From an uncultured Actinomycetes bacterium (GTDB lineage: Bacteria > Actinomycetota > UBA4738 > HRBIN12), in assembly GCA_963817235.1 (NCBI GenBank), contig CAWFNS010000006.1:268163-332162 (forward strand): DNA of 64,000 nucleotides, in the 5' to 3' direction. Positions 37,258 to 46,606 of this stretch are shown here, one piece after another (within the stretch, counting starts at the first letter, position 1; the number at the start of each line of letters is the position of its first letter). A model generated the notes under the pieces. The model worked only from the letters and a program-made list of their open reading frames with translations, ran no database searches and was not told the origin of the DNA. The translations under genes were made by a program, and so were the position numbers.

Positions 37258-37685
37258 GCCGTGTGGGGGGACCGGCCCGGCCGCTGCTCGCCGTGTCGCT
37301 CGCCCTCCTCGCTGGCTGCGCGGGTTCGAGAGCATCGGTCGGGACGTCGACTCCGGTCGCCTCGGCCCGGCCGAGCAGCCCGGCAACCTTGACGATCGTC
37401 TCGCCGGCGAACGGCGCCGTGATCCACGGCACGGCCGTCCCCATCACCGTGCGGCTGCGGGGCGCGAAGATCGTCCCCGCGACGACGACGGCGATCTCCC
37501 CCGATCGAGGGCACCTGCACGTCTACGTGGACGACCGGATCGTGTCCATGAACTTCTCGCTGTCCGACGTCGTCCGCAACGTCTCCCGCGGCATGCACAT
37601 CCTCCAGATCGAGTTCGTGGCGTCCGATCACCTTCCGTTCGATCCTCGGGTGATCGCGCAGACCGAGTTCGAGGTCGAACCGTGA
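37254..37685 (+). CDS. Small lipoprotein with HLHVYVDD motif (tentatively DUF4399-like periplasmic domain)
   Basis: GTG 37254 overlaps zur stop (GTGA). VSRVGGPARPLLAVSLALLAGC lipobox; beta-rich 143 aa. Family assignment tentative. Confidence 0.6.
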   Translation: MSRVGGPARPLLAVSLALLAGCAGSRASVGTSTPVASARPSSPATLTIVSPANGAVIHGTAVPITVRLRGAKIVPATTTAISPDRGHLHVYVDDRIVSMNFSLSDVVRNVSRGMHILQIEFVASDHLPFDPRVIAQTEFEVEP

Positions 37686-38254
37686 GCGCCTCCGCGTCCC
37701 GCGCCCCGCTGGCCGAACGCTCCGACGGGTTGCTCGTGGCGGGCGTGATCGTCGCCGGCCTCGGCGCCCTCGTGCTGCGCCTCGCGGCGCTCGGCGACGC
37801 GAACGCGCCCGTGCTGTTCGGGCTCACCTACCTCGCGCTCGGCACCGCGTCGGTGGCGGTCGCGCTGCCGGCCGCATCGGACGGGCGGGTCGGCACGCCG
37901 CTCGTGCTGGTGATCGGGGTCTGCGCGGTCGCGCTCGCCGCCGGCTGGGGACCGGCGTTCCCCCGGGCGCACGGGCCCGAGGTGCTGGCGCTCGATCTGC
38001 TCGCCGCCGTCGCGGAGGAGGCGTTCTTCCGCCGGCTCGTGTACGGCGGGCTGCTCCGCTTCGGCGTGGTCGCCGCCATCGGCGGATCGGCGTTGCTGTT
38101 CGCCGCCGTGCACGTCCCGATCTACGGCCCGGCGGTGTTCTGGGTCGACCTCGGCGCGGGACTGCTGTTCTCCTGGCAGCGCTGGGCCTCAGGCACGTGG
38201 GGCGCCTCGGCCGCGACCCACGCGGCCGCGAACCTGCTGGCGGTGCTCCGGTGA
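37682..38254 (+). CDS. CPBP family intramembrane glutamic endopeptidase (CAAX protease/Abi-like)
   Basis: GTG overlaps upstream stop. Motifs EEAFFRRL, FAAVH, HAAAN in TM helices. Confidence 0.8.
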   Translation: MSASASRAPLAERSDGLLVAGVIVAGLGALVLRLAALGDANAPVLFGLTYLALGTASVAVALPAASDGRVGTPLVLVIGVCAVALAAGWGPAFPRAHGPEVLALDLLAAVAEEAFFRRLVYGGLLRFGVVAAIGGSALLFAAVHVPIYGPAVFWVDLGAGLLFSWQRWASGTWGASAATHAAANLLAVLR

Positions 38255-39492
38255 AGCGGCTCGCGGCCGTGGTCTCCGGGCTGGCGATCGTGGCGTCGGT
38301 CGCCTGCACGCGATCGCCCGATCCGATCCGTGTGGGAGCCGTCTATCCACTGACCGGATCGCAGGGACCGGGCGGCCGGGACGAGTACCGGGGGGTGCGC
38401 CTCGCCGTCGACCTGACGAACGCCGACGGCGGGGTCGACGGCCGACCGATCCAACTCGACGCCGTCGACGTGGCGGGCGGCGACGCCGCGCCCGGCGCGG
38501 TCGACGCCCTCGCCGACCGGGGGGTCGGCATCGTCCTCGGCAGCTACGGCAGCACGATCTCGCAGCCCGCGGCGGCCGAAGCCGCCCGGCGCGGCATGCT
38601 CTTCTGGGAGACCGGCGCCGTCGGTTCGATGGCCCCTCCCGGCGGCGACCGGTTCTTCCGGGTCGCGCCGAGCGGTCAGCTCCTGGGTGCCGCCGCGGTG
38701 TCCTTCGAGGCGGAACGGCTGGCGCCGATGTTCGGTCGGGCCGCGTCCTCGCTGCGGTTCGCGGTCGCGAACGTCGACGACGTCTACGGCACCGCGGTGG
38801 CCGACGGCGCCGTTCGCGAGATCGCCGCCCTGCATCTCCCGTTCGTCGGCCGGTTCCCGTACGACGCCCGGAGCCTCGACGCGGCGGCCGTCGTCCGGCG
38901 GATCGCGGCCGTGCGGCCGGACGTGCTCTTCGTCTCCGCGTACGTGCGCGACGGGATCGCGCTCCGCCGCCAGATGGTTCGGCAGCGGCTGCGATTGGTG
39001 TCGAACATCGGCACCTCCTCCAGCTACTGCATGCCCGCCTTCGGCCTGACGCTGGGGAAGGACGCGGTCGGTCTGTTCGCGTCGGACAAGCTCGACGGCG
39101 AGTACGTGAACCCGGCCGGGCTCACCGCGAGCGGGCGCGCCATCCTGGACCGCGCGCGCAACGCCTACGAGTCGACGTTCCATTCGGATATGAGCGCGGC
39201 GGCGCTCGCCGGCTTCTCGGCCGCGTGGGCGCTGTTCACGACCGTGATGCCGGCGGCCTCGTCGCCCACGCCGGCGGCGGTCGCGGCGGCGGCTCGCTCG
39301 GCCCGCATCCCGATGGGCGGCCTGCCCAACGGCAGCGGTCTCGAGTTCGCCGGCGCCGGTTCGCCCGATCCGGGCGCGAACCTCCGGGCGATGAGCGTGA
39401 TCTGGGAGTGGGTCCGCCCGGGGGTGCGCGCGGTCGTGTGGCCTCCGCGGTTCGCGACATCCCGGATCGACCCGATCCGGATCGTCCAGTGA
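38251..39492 (+). CDS. Type 1 periplasmic binding protein lipoprotein (LivJ/amide-binding-like ABC substrate-binding protein)
   Basis: GTG 38251 overlaps upstream stop. VKRLAAVVSGLAIVASVAC lipobox; IRVGAVYPLTGSQGPGGRDEYRGVRLAVDLTNADGGVDGRPI..GIVLGSYGST.. No cognate permease/ATPase adjacent. Confidence 0.75.
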   Translation: MKRLAAVVSGLAIVASVACTRSPDPIRVGAVYPLTGSQGPGGRDEYRGVRLAVDLTNADGGVDGRPIQLDAVDVAGGDAAPGAVDALADRGVGIVLGSYGSTISQPAAAEAARRGMLFWETGAVGSMAPPGGDRFFRVAPSGQLLGAAAVSFEAERLAPMFGRAASSLRFAVANVDDVYGTAVADGAVREIAALHLPFVGRFPYDARSLDAAAVVRRIAAVRPDVLFVSAYVRDGIALRRQMVRQRLRLVSNIGTSSSYCMPAFGLTLGKDAVGLFASDKLDGEYVNPAGLTASGRAILDRARNAYESTFHSDMSAAALAGFSAAWALFTTVMPAASSPTPAAVAAAARSARIPMGGLPNGSGLEFAGAGSPDPGANLRAMSVIWEWVRPGVRAVVWPPRFATSRIDPIRIVQ

Positions 39493-40318
39493 CGGCCCGA
39501 CGCCGAGCCCTGCTGGCCGGCGGCGCGCTCGTGGTGGTCTACCTCCTCCTCGCGGCGCTCAGCGCGCACCTGGATCCGTTCGGCTCGGCGCCGGTGCTCG
39601 ACGGGCTGACGCCGCCTGCGCTCTACCGATGGGTCAGCCCGCCGCCGCCGCTCGCCACGCTGAACCGGCCGCCGACCCCCGGCAGCGCGAGCATCCGGCT
39701 CGATCCGACGACCGGGTCGGCCGCGGGGGTCTTCCCCACCCTGGATCTCCAGGTCGACGTCGCCCTCGCGACCGGCGCGATCGCGCCGCACGGCGCCGAC
39801 ACGTCCGTGCGGCTCGTGATGACCCCGCTCGCGCCCGTCGCGGACGTGCACCTTCCCGGCGGCGCATCGATCGCCGGCAACGTGTATCGGATCGTCGCGA
39901 CGTACCAGCCGAGCGGCGATCCCGTCGGCGCCCTGCGGAAGCCCGGGACGGTCGTGCTGGCGTATCCGCTCCTGTTCACCGGCGGCGGCTTCTCCGACGC
40001 GATGCTGCGCTCGGACGACGCCCGCACGTGGACGCGGATCCCGAGCACCGATTCGATCGGCCGTCAGCTCGTGCACGCGAGCGTCGACGGGTTCGGCTAC
40101 TTCGCGGTCGGGCAGACCGCGATCCCGGTCGGACCGGCGAACGCTGCACGTCGGGACGGACCCTGCCGATCGTCCTCGCGGGGCTGGCCGTGGTCGCCGG
40201 GGTCGCGCTCGTCGTGGTCGCACTCGTCCGCCGGCGATCCCGGCCGGCGTCGCCCCAACGGCCACCCGGGCCTCCCCCTCGGCGGCCACCTCGGCGGGAG
40301 GACATGTGGAAGGACTGA
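39489..40318 (+). CDS. Hypothetical bitopic membrane protein (N- and C-terminal TM helices, Pro/Arg-rich tail); 1 frame break (~40140)
   Basis: GTG 39489 overlaps upstream stop. VTARRRALLAGGALVVVYLLLAAL.. in the frame of ORF 39225..41768, then ..TLPIVLAGLAVVAGVALVVVALVRRR..-stop in ORF 39629..40318. No family recognised. Confidence 0.5.
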
Positions 40319-40443
40319 TCACGACGTCGACCCGTCGTTCGGGGGGCTGCAAGGGCGGGCGGTAGACTCACGCGGTCGTGCGAGCCGGGTGCTCGCGCGC
40401 CCCTCGTCCGCCGAGCGCGAGGTGGAGAAGAGGACCTATCCGA

Positions 40444-42763
40444 GTGAGAACCCAACCGCAGGCCCTGCAGCCGACGCCGCCGACCGATCCCGCGGCGCCT
40501 GCCCGGCCCGACCCGTTGGGCGCGTGGTGGGTGCTGGCGATCGCGACCCTGCTGATGCTCGGGGCGCTCGGCTGGCGCTTCGTCGCCGATCCGAGCCTCG
40601 CGGCGCCGACCCGCGATCCCGCCTGGTACACGTGGCGCGCCAACGTCGTGATGCAGGACGATCCCGGGTCGATCGTCCGCGAATGGGGTCCGAACGGCCT
40701 GTTCTCCGGCGGCTATCGCGTGACGGTGCCGCTCGAAGGCGCGCTGCTCCAGCGGGTCGTCGGCATCGACACCTACACCTTCGCGAAGTTCCTGATGCTC
40801 GGCGTGCCGATCCTCACCGGGCTGGCCCTCGGCGCCGGCGCGGTCCGAAGTCGCAAGGATCCCGTGGCGTTCCTGACGATGCTGCTCGCCACGGTCGCGT
40901 TGTTCCTCACGACGCCGTACGTCGGGTACCTCGACAACATCACGGTCCTGTTCCTGCTGGCGTTGATGTTGCCGTTCCTCCAGGCGGCGAAGACGTCGTG
41001 GGGGGCGCGCACGGCCCTGTTCCTGATCGGGATCGCCGCGGCGTTCACGCACCCCACCACCTGCGTGCTGTTCGGCGTGACGCTCTTGGCCGTCTTCGGC
41101 TTCCACCTCGTCACGTCCCGGTTCCGGCTCGGCTCGGCGCTCCGCTCGGACGGCCCGACGCTCCTGTCGGTCGGCTCGGGCATGGTCCTCGGGCTGGCGT
41201 GCTGGGTGATCGGCATCTGGGGCCCGACCGCGAGCCTGAAGGATGCGGCGCTCCCGCCGCCGTACACGAAGGCCTTCTTCGTCGACCGGCTGCTGGACTG
41301 GATCGGCTCGATGCAGCCGCTGATCGTGGTGCCGTTCATCGCGATCGCGATCGGGTCGACCGTCTGGCTCGCCCGAACGCGCCGGGAGCCGGCCGACGGG
41401 TTCGACGTCACGGCCGCGTGGTGGCTCCTGCCGCTCGCCGGCGCCGCGTCGATGATCCTCGGCACGGCCGACCAGGTCTCGGGCGACCCGAACTCACCGG
41501 TCGTGCCCTACTACCGCTTCATGAACGCGACGGCGGCGCCGATCGCCCTCGTCGGCCTCGGCGCGTTCGCGTTGATCCGCTGGGCGCGCACCCATCCCGA
41601 CCGGCGGAGCCTCGTCCGCGGCTTCGCGGTGGCGCTCGGGGTCGTCGTGGTCGCGTGGTTCGTGAACGGCGCGGCGCTCACCGATCCGCAGATCGGTACG
41701 CCGGTCTTCGTGATCCTGTCGCTCGCCGCGCTCGTCGGGCTCGCCGGCGCCGCGTTCGGATCCCGTGACGGCGTCCGCCGGGGGATCGCCGATCGCCGCG
41801 GCGTCGGTCCTCGTGGTCGGCTCGCTCGGGTTCCTGCTGGTCGACGGCCTCCAGCATCGCTGGGTCAGCGCGGCGAACCAGTACCCGAACCAGTCGGTCC
41901 GCGGCTCGCTCGCGGCGGTCGACGTCGTCGCGGCCGCGGCCGGGTCGCGCCCCCTGATCCTGGTCGTCAACGACACCGACGCGAACGACTCGACCGGTAC
42001 GAACACCGCCTACGGCTGGGCGAAGACCTACACGAACGTGTTCCGTACGGGCCTGCCGGGCACCTCGGCGAAGTACCAGGCGACGTACCTCGGCTCCCTG
42101 CAGAACTTCCTCGCCGGCGAGGTCACGACGAGCAGCGAGGGGAGCATCGGGTACGACCGTGCCGCGCAGAGCCACTTCGGCGAGGTGCAGAAGCGGCTGC
42201 GCGACTACCCGCAGCCGCCCGCCGTGTTCTTGGTGCGCGAGTACTACGGCGGTCTGTGCAACGGCGAGGCGACGTGCACGCCCGAGCTCGAGCAGCAGCG
42301 GCTCGACGCCGCGATGGCCTCCGGCGTCGCGATCGGTCCGGACGTCGCCGTCGTGCGGGGCCCGGGCCTGTGGACCCCGCCGCCGGCGGTCGTCGCGCAG
42401 GCGAACCAGGTGGCGAGCGAGACGATCGCGGCGCTCGAGAACCATCCCGGACCGCTCGCGAACCCGGTGCACACGCTGCTCGTGATCGCGATCTTGGCGT
42501 TCCTGCTCGTGGTGCCCGGCGCGTTGGCGGCCCCGTGGTTCGGTCTGCGGACCACGGTGGATCGGTTCGCCCTGATCCCGGGGACGTCGGTCGTCCTGCT
42601 CCTGCTCTCGGGCATCTTCACCCTCGCCGTGTGGCGCGGGCCGCTCACCACCGTGAAGGGATGGGCGGTCGTCGGCGTCGCCGTGGGCGCGGGCCTCGCG
42701 TTCCGCGTCGCGGATCGATGGCTCCGCCGCCCGCTCGAGTCGTTCGGTGGGTTCTTCGACCGG
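40444..42763 (+). CDS. Large polytopic membrane protein with ~230-aa extracytoplasmic domain (GT-C-like architecture, function unknown); 1 frame break (~41760), 3' end undefined
   Basis: GTG 40444 after GAAGAGGA. At least 12 TM helices in ORF 40378..44112 up to ..LAGAAFGS, continuing TASAGGSPIAAASVLVVGSLGFLLV..ILVVNDTDANDSTGTNTAYGW.. in ORF 41765..43129. No stop before the MFS-like region. Confidence 0.5.
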
Positions 42764-44112
42764 ATGTTCGCCGTGTTCTCGGTGCCGTCCTTCGCGGTGC
42801 TGATGGCGGTGCAGTTCATGGCGCAGGCCGGCCAGGGCATCGTGCAGGGCGCGATCGGCAAGTCGATCGGATTCGGCGGGCAGAAGGGCTTCGACGTGCA
42901 GGACGTGCCGTCGGCCGACTACCTGCTGAAGGTCGTCCTGTGGCTCTACGTCCCCTACACGTTGTTGTCGCCGTTCATCGGCGTGTTCATCGACCGGTTC
43001 CCGCGGCGACGGGTGATCTGGTGGACCGGCCTCCTGCGGCCGGCGTCGTCGGCGCGGTCGCGCTCGTCGCCCTCGCGCCCCTCGGCGATCGCTCGTCGGA
43101 GGGGATGGTCTTCGACACCGTGGCCCTGATCCTCGGGCTGATCGCGGCGCAGGCGTGCGTCCGGGTGGCGCTCGCCGTGAAGTCCGCCGCGATGCCCGAC
43201 GTGCTCTCGGGCAAGGACCTCTTGCAGGGCAACGCGTTGTCGCAAGCGGGCGGCGCGCTGTTCCAGGTGGTCGGCATCGCGATCGCCGTGGTCGGCACCA
43301 GCATCCTCGCGTCGTGGGTCGTGGTGCTCGGCGGGGCCGCCGTGTTGGTGGCCGCGGCGTTCGCCTCGCGCCGGATGCAGCACGTCGAGATGACCACCCA
43401 CGTCACGTCGTTCGGCTACGAGGCGCGACGCGTCCTGCACTCCGTGTGGGCCGGGCTGAAGGAGGTGGCGGCGCGGCCCGCGGCGGCGCTCGGCCTGACC
43501 TCGTTCCAGATGCTCCGCTACCAGTTCTGGGGCTTCGGCCTGTTCGTGTTCGCGCTCTACGCGAAGAACCTCGTGCAGGGTGGCGTGAACAAGGCGGACT
43601 CGCTCGCGCTCGTCCTCTCGGGCATCGGGGGGTTGGCCGGCGGCGCGCTCGGGCTGGTGCTCGCCCAGAAGCTGAAGGACCGGGTGCCGCCGATCCGTCT
43701 CCTGCTCGCGTCGATGTTCCTGCTCGGCGCCGGCACCGTCGTGTTCGGTGCGTCCGTCTCGAAGGTGGGCTTCGCGGCGATGCTCTTCATCGGGTTCTTC
43801 TCGTTCTTCCTCGGCAAGATCGCGTCGGACACGATCACGCAGCAGGCGATGCCCGATGACTTCCGCGGGCGCGCGTTCGCGCTCTACGACATCGCGTACA
43901 ACCTGGGCTTCATCGTGCCGGCCATCATCCTGTCCTTCGTCTGGATCGAGGACGACCCCACGCGGACCCGCGCGATCCTCGTCGTGTCCGGGCTGCTCTT
44001 CCTGGGACTGACGACGTTGATCGCGCTCTGGGCGCGCCGGATCCGTGAGGACTTCGCGCCGCAGGACGACCTGCCCGAGACACAGGCCGGACCGGTCCCC
44101 GCGACCGACTAG
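42764..44112 (+). CDS. MFS transporter; 1 frame break (~43035); start inferred
   Basis: MFAVFSVPSFAVLMAVQFMAQAGQGIVQ..SPFIGVFIDRFPRRRVIWW (ORF 41765..43129), then AAGVVGAVALVALAP..QQAMPDDFRGRAFALYDIAYNLG.. to stop 44112 (ORF 40378..44112). Confidence 0.65.
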
Positions 44113-44120
44113 CGGGCCTC

Positions 44121-44918
44121 GTGGCCGAGGTCCGCGCGCGCGACGGCATCCGCCTCCACGTCGAGGTCGACGGCGACGGCCCACCGGTCACGGTGTTCGC
44201 GCACGGCCTCACGAACTCCTGCACCGAGCTCGCCGCGTTCACGCCGGCCGCGCCGGGCACGAAGGTCCGCTTCTGCTTCCGCGGGCACGGGCACTCGGAC
44301 GTGGCGGAGCCCGGGTCGTACCGGTTCGAGGACTTCGCCGGCGACGTCGACACGGTCGCGCGTGCGTACGGCGCCACGCAGGCGGTCGGGACCTCGCTCG
44401 GGGCGGGGGCGATCACCCATATCCTCGGGGAGGATCCGGCTCGGTTCGAGCGCCTCGTGTTCGTGCTGCCGGCCGCGCTCGACCTCCCGCTGACCTCGAC
44501 GCAGCACGCCGACTTCGATCGGACGGCCGAGCTGTTGGAGTCGCTGCCCACCGACGAGGCGATCGACCGGATCCTCGAGGGGTCCGGCAGGGCCGCCGAC
44601 TACGAGGGGCGGCCGTGGCTGCGTGACATCGATCTGCTCCTGTGGCAGGACCTGAACCCGACCGGCGTGGCGCGGGCGATCCGCGAGGTCACGCGCGACG
44701 TGGCGATCACCGACCGGGCCCTGCTGCGCCGCGTCCATGCGCCGACCCTGGTGATCGCCCGAGAGGGCGACGCGATCCACCCGGCCGAACTCGGCCGCGT
44801 CCTCGTCGAGCTCATGCCGAACGCCGAGCTGATCATGCTCGCCTCCGAGCAGGAGCTGTTGGAGGCGATCCCGGCCCTCGTGGGGCGGGTCAGCGACTTC
44901 CTCGGAGGCACGCCGTGA
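44121..44918 (+). CDS. Alpha/beta hydrolase
   Basis: Intact 265 aa; HGLTNS, nucleophile elbow GTSLGAG, C-terminal His region. Confidence 0.8.
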   Translation: MAEVRARDGIRLHVEVDGDGPPVTVFAHGLTNSCTELAAFTPAAPGTKVRFCFRGHGHSDVAEPGSYRFEDFAGDVDTVARAYGATQAVGTSLGAGAITHILGEDPARFERLVFVLPAALDLPLTSTQHADFDRTAELLESLPTDEAIDRILEGSGRAADYEGRPWLRDIDLLLWQDLNPTGVARAIREVTRDVAITDRALLRRVHAPTLVIAREGDAIHPAELGRVLVELMPNAELIMLASEQELLEAIPALVGRVSDFLGGTP

Positions 44919-45838
44919 CCGAGCGCGCACACCGTCCCCGGCGAGCGTCGTCCACGCCGGAGCTGACCGGCTCGCTCCTGTGCGTGCTGATGGGCGTGCT
45001 GTTCGCGTTCGTCGTGATCTTGGGCAAGGGCCTGCTCAACGGCGAACCGCCGTTCGCGTTGCTGACGTTCCGCTTCGGGATCACCGCCGTGCTGCTGCTG
45101 GCCGTGCTGCTCGTGACCCGGTCGCCGCTCGTGCCCGAACGGGGGGAGCGTCTCGGCCTCGTCGTGGCCGCGACCCTCGGGTACGGCACCGAGTCGGCGC
45201 TGTACTTCTCGGCGCTGAACCACGGCACCGCGGCGGCGGTGACGCTGCTGTTCTACACGTATCCCGTGTGGGTGATGCTGGCGTCGATCGCGCTCGACCG
45301 CCGCGTGCCGGCGGGCCCGTTGATCGCGGCGCTCGTGCTGGCGATCGGCGGCGCGGCGGTCGTCGTGGTGGCGGGCTCGGGCGTCGACGTCGCCCCGATC
45401 GGGATCGCCCTGGCGCTCGCGTGCGCGATCGCGTACACGGGCTACCTGATCGGCGTCGATCGCGTCGTGCACCGCACCAACCCGCTCACGACCGCGACCT
45501 GGCTCGCGGCCGGCGCGTCGATCGCGAACCTCACCTACGGCCTGGTCTTCCATGCCTGGGTCCTCCCGCACGGCTCCGAGGCCGGGTTGCGTGTCTTCGG
45601 GATGGGCGCGTTCACGGCCGGCGCGTTCGTGTGCATGATCGCGAGCCTGCAGCGGATCGGCGCCGTGAAGAACGCGATCATCGGCGTGCTCGAACCCCTG
45701 ACGGTCGCGGTGCTGGCCGCGCTCCTGCTGAACGAACCGCTCACCGTCGCGACCGTGGTCGGCGGGGCGCTGATCCTGAGCGCGGCCGTGATCGCGACGC
45801 TCGCTCGCGGCCAGCGGACGGTCGAGCCGGATCTCTAG
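44915..45838 (+). CDS. EamA/DMT family transporter
   Basis: GTG 44915 overlaps upstream stop (GTGA). 10-TM pattern, two EamA repeats (..TLGYGTESALYFSALNHGTAAAVTLLFYTYPVWV..). Confidence 0.8.
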   Translation: MTERAHRPRRASSTPELTGSLLCVLMGVLFAFVVILGKGLLNGEPPFALLTFRFGITAVLLLAVLLVTRSPLVPERGERLGLVVAATLGYGTESALYFSALNHGTAAAVTLLFYTYPVWVMLASIALDRRVPAGPLIAALVLAIGGAAVVVVAGSGVDVAPIGIALALACAIAYTGYLIGVDRVVHRTNPLTTATWLAAGASIANLTYGLVFHAWVLPHGSEAGLRVFGMGAFTAGAFVCMIASLQRIGAVKNAIIGVLEPLTVAVLAALLLNEPLTVATVVGGALILSAAVIATLARGQRTVEPDL

Positions 45839-45872
45839 CCGCGATCTCTGGCCCGAAGTAGTATCTGCCGCC

Positions 45873-46592
45873 ATGACGGAGCGGCTCTACGCGACCGACG
45901 CGTACCTCGCGACCTGCGAGGCGGTCGTCCTCGAGGTCACCGGCGAGGGCGTGGTGCTCGATCGCACGGTGTTCTATCCGCGAGGCGGCGGCCAGCCGGG
46001 CGACTCGGGCGTGCTGACCTCGGAGGGCGGCGAGGTCGCCGTGACGGATACCTTCACGTCGCGCGAGACCGGGCAGCTGCTCCACCGGATCGATGGTGCG
46101 CTTCCGGAGGCCGGCGCCGCGGTCACGGCGACGATCGACTGGGGCCGCCGCCACATGCACATGCGGACCCACACCGCGCTGCACGCGCTGTCCGGCGTGG
46201 TCTTCACCGGGTTCGGCGCGAAGGTGACCGGAGGCAACATGGAGTCCGGCGGCATCGGGCGGATGGACTTCGAGCTGGATTCGATGTCGAAGGGGTTCGG
46301 CAACGAGGTCGAGGAGCTGCTGAACGCGCGACTCGCCGAGGATCGTCCGGTCCACGTCCTCGTCCTGCCGCGCGCCGAGGCGCTCGCGGATCCCGACCTG
46401 ATCCGGACGAAGGTGAACCTGATCCCCGCCTCGGTCGACCCGATCCGGATCATCGACATCGAGGGCATCGACAAGCAGGCCGACGGCGGCACCCACGTTC
46501 GCTCGACCGGAGAGGTCGGTCGCGTCCGCGTCGTCAAGACCGAGTCGAAGGGCAAGGCGAACAAGCGCATGCGGATCCAGCTCGACGCGTGA
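45873..46592 (+). CDS. alaX: Alanyl-tRNA editing protein AlaX-type (AlaRS second additional domain homolog)
   Basis: Intact 239 aa; HMRTHTALHAL (HxxxH) and QADGGTHV, where CxxxH is usual. TAGTAT -10-like hexamer ends 8 nt before the ATG. Confidence 0.8.
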   Translation: MTERLYATDAYLATCEAVVLEVTGEGVVLDRTVFYPRGGGQPGDSGVLTSEGGEVAVTDTFTSRETGQLLHRIDGALPEAGAAVTATIDWGRRHMHMRTHTALHALSGVVFTGFGAKVTGGNMESGGIGRMDFELDSMSKGFGNEVEELLNARLAEDRPVHVLVLPRAEALADPDLIRTKVNLIPASVDPIRIIDIEGIDKQADGGTHVRSTGEVGRVRVVKTESKGKANKRMRIQLDA

Positions 46593-46606
46593 GGTCGGGG
46601 CGGAGC

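Noticed and set aside
40378-44112. A single 1244-aa protein, as the ORF track suggests
   Set aside because: The middle third of this frame (about 41770-43030) is Arg/Gly-rich nonsense, while a different frame (ORF 41765..43129) carries the membrane and extracytoplasmic domain sequence. The long ORF results from two frame breaks plus the lack of stops.
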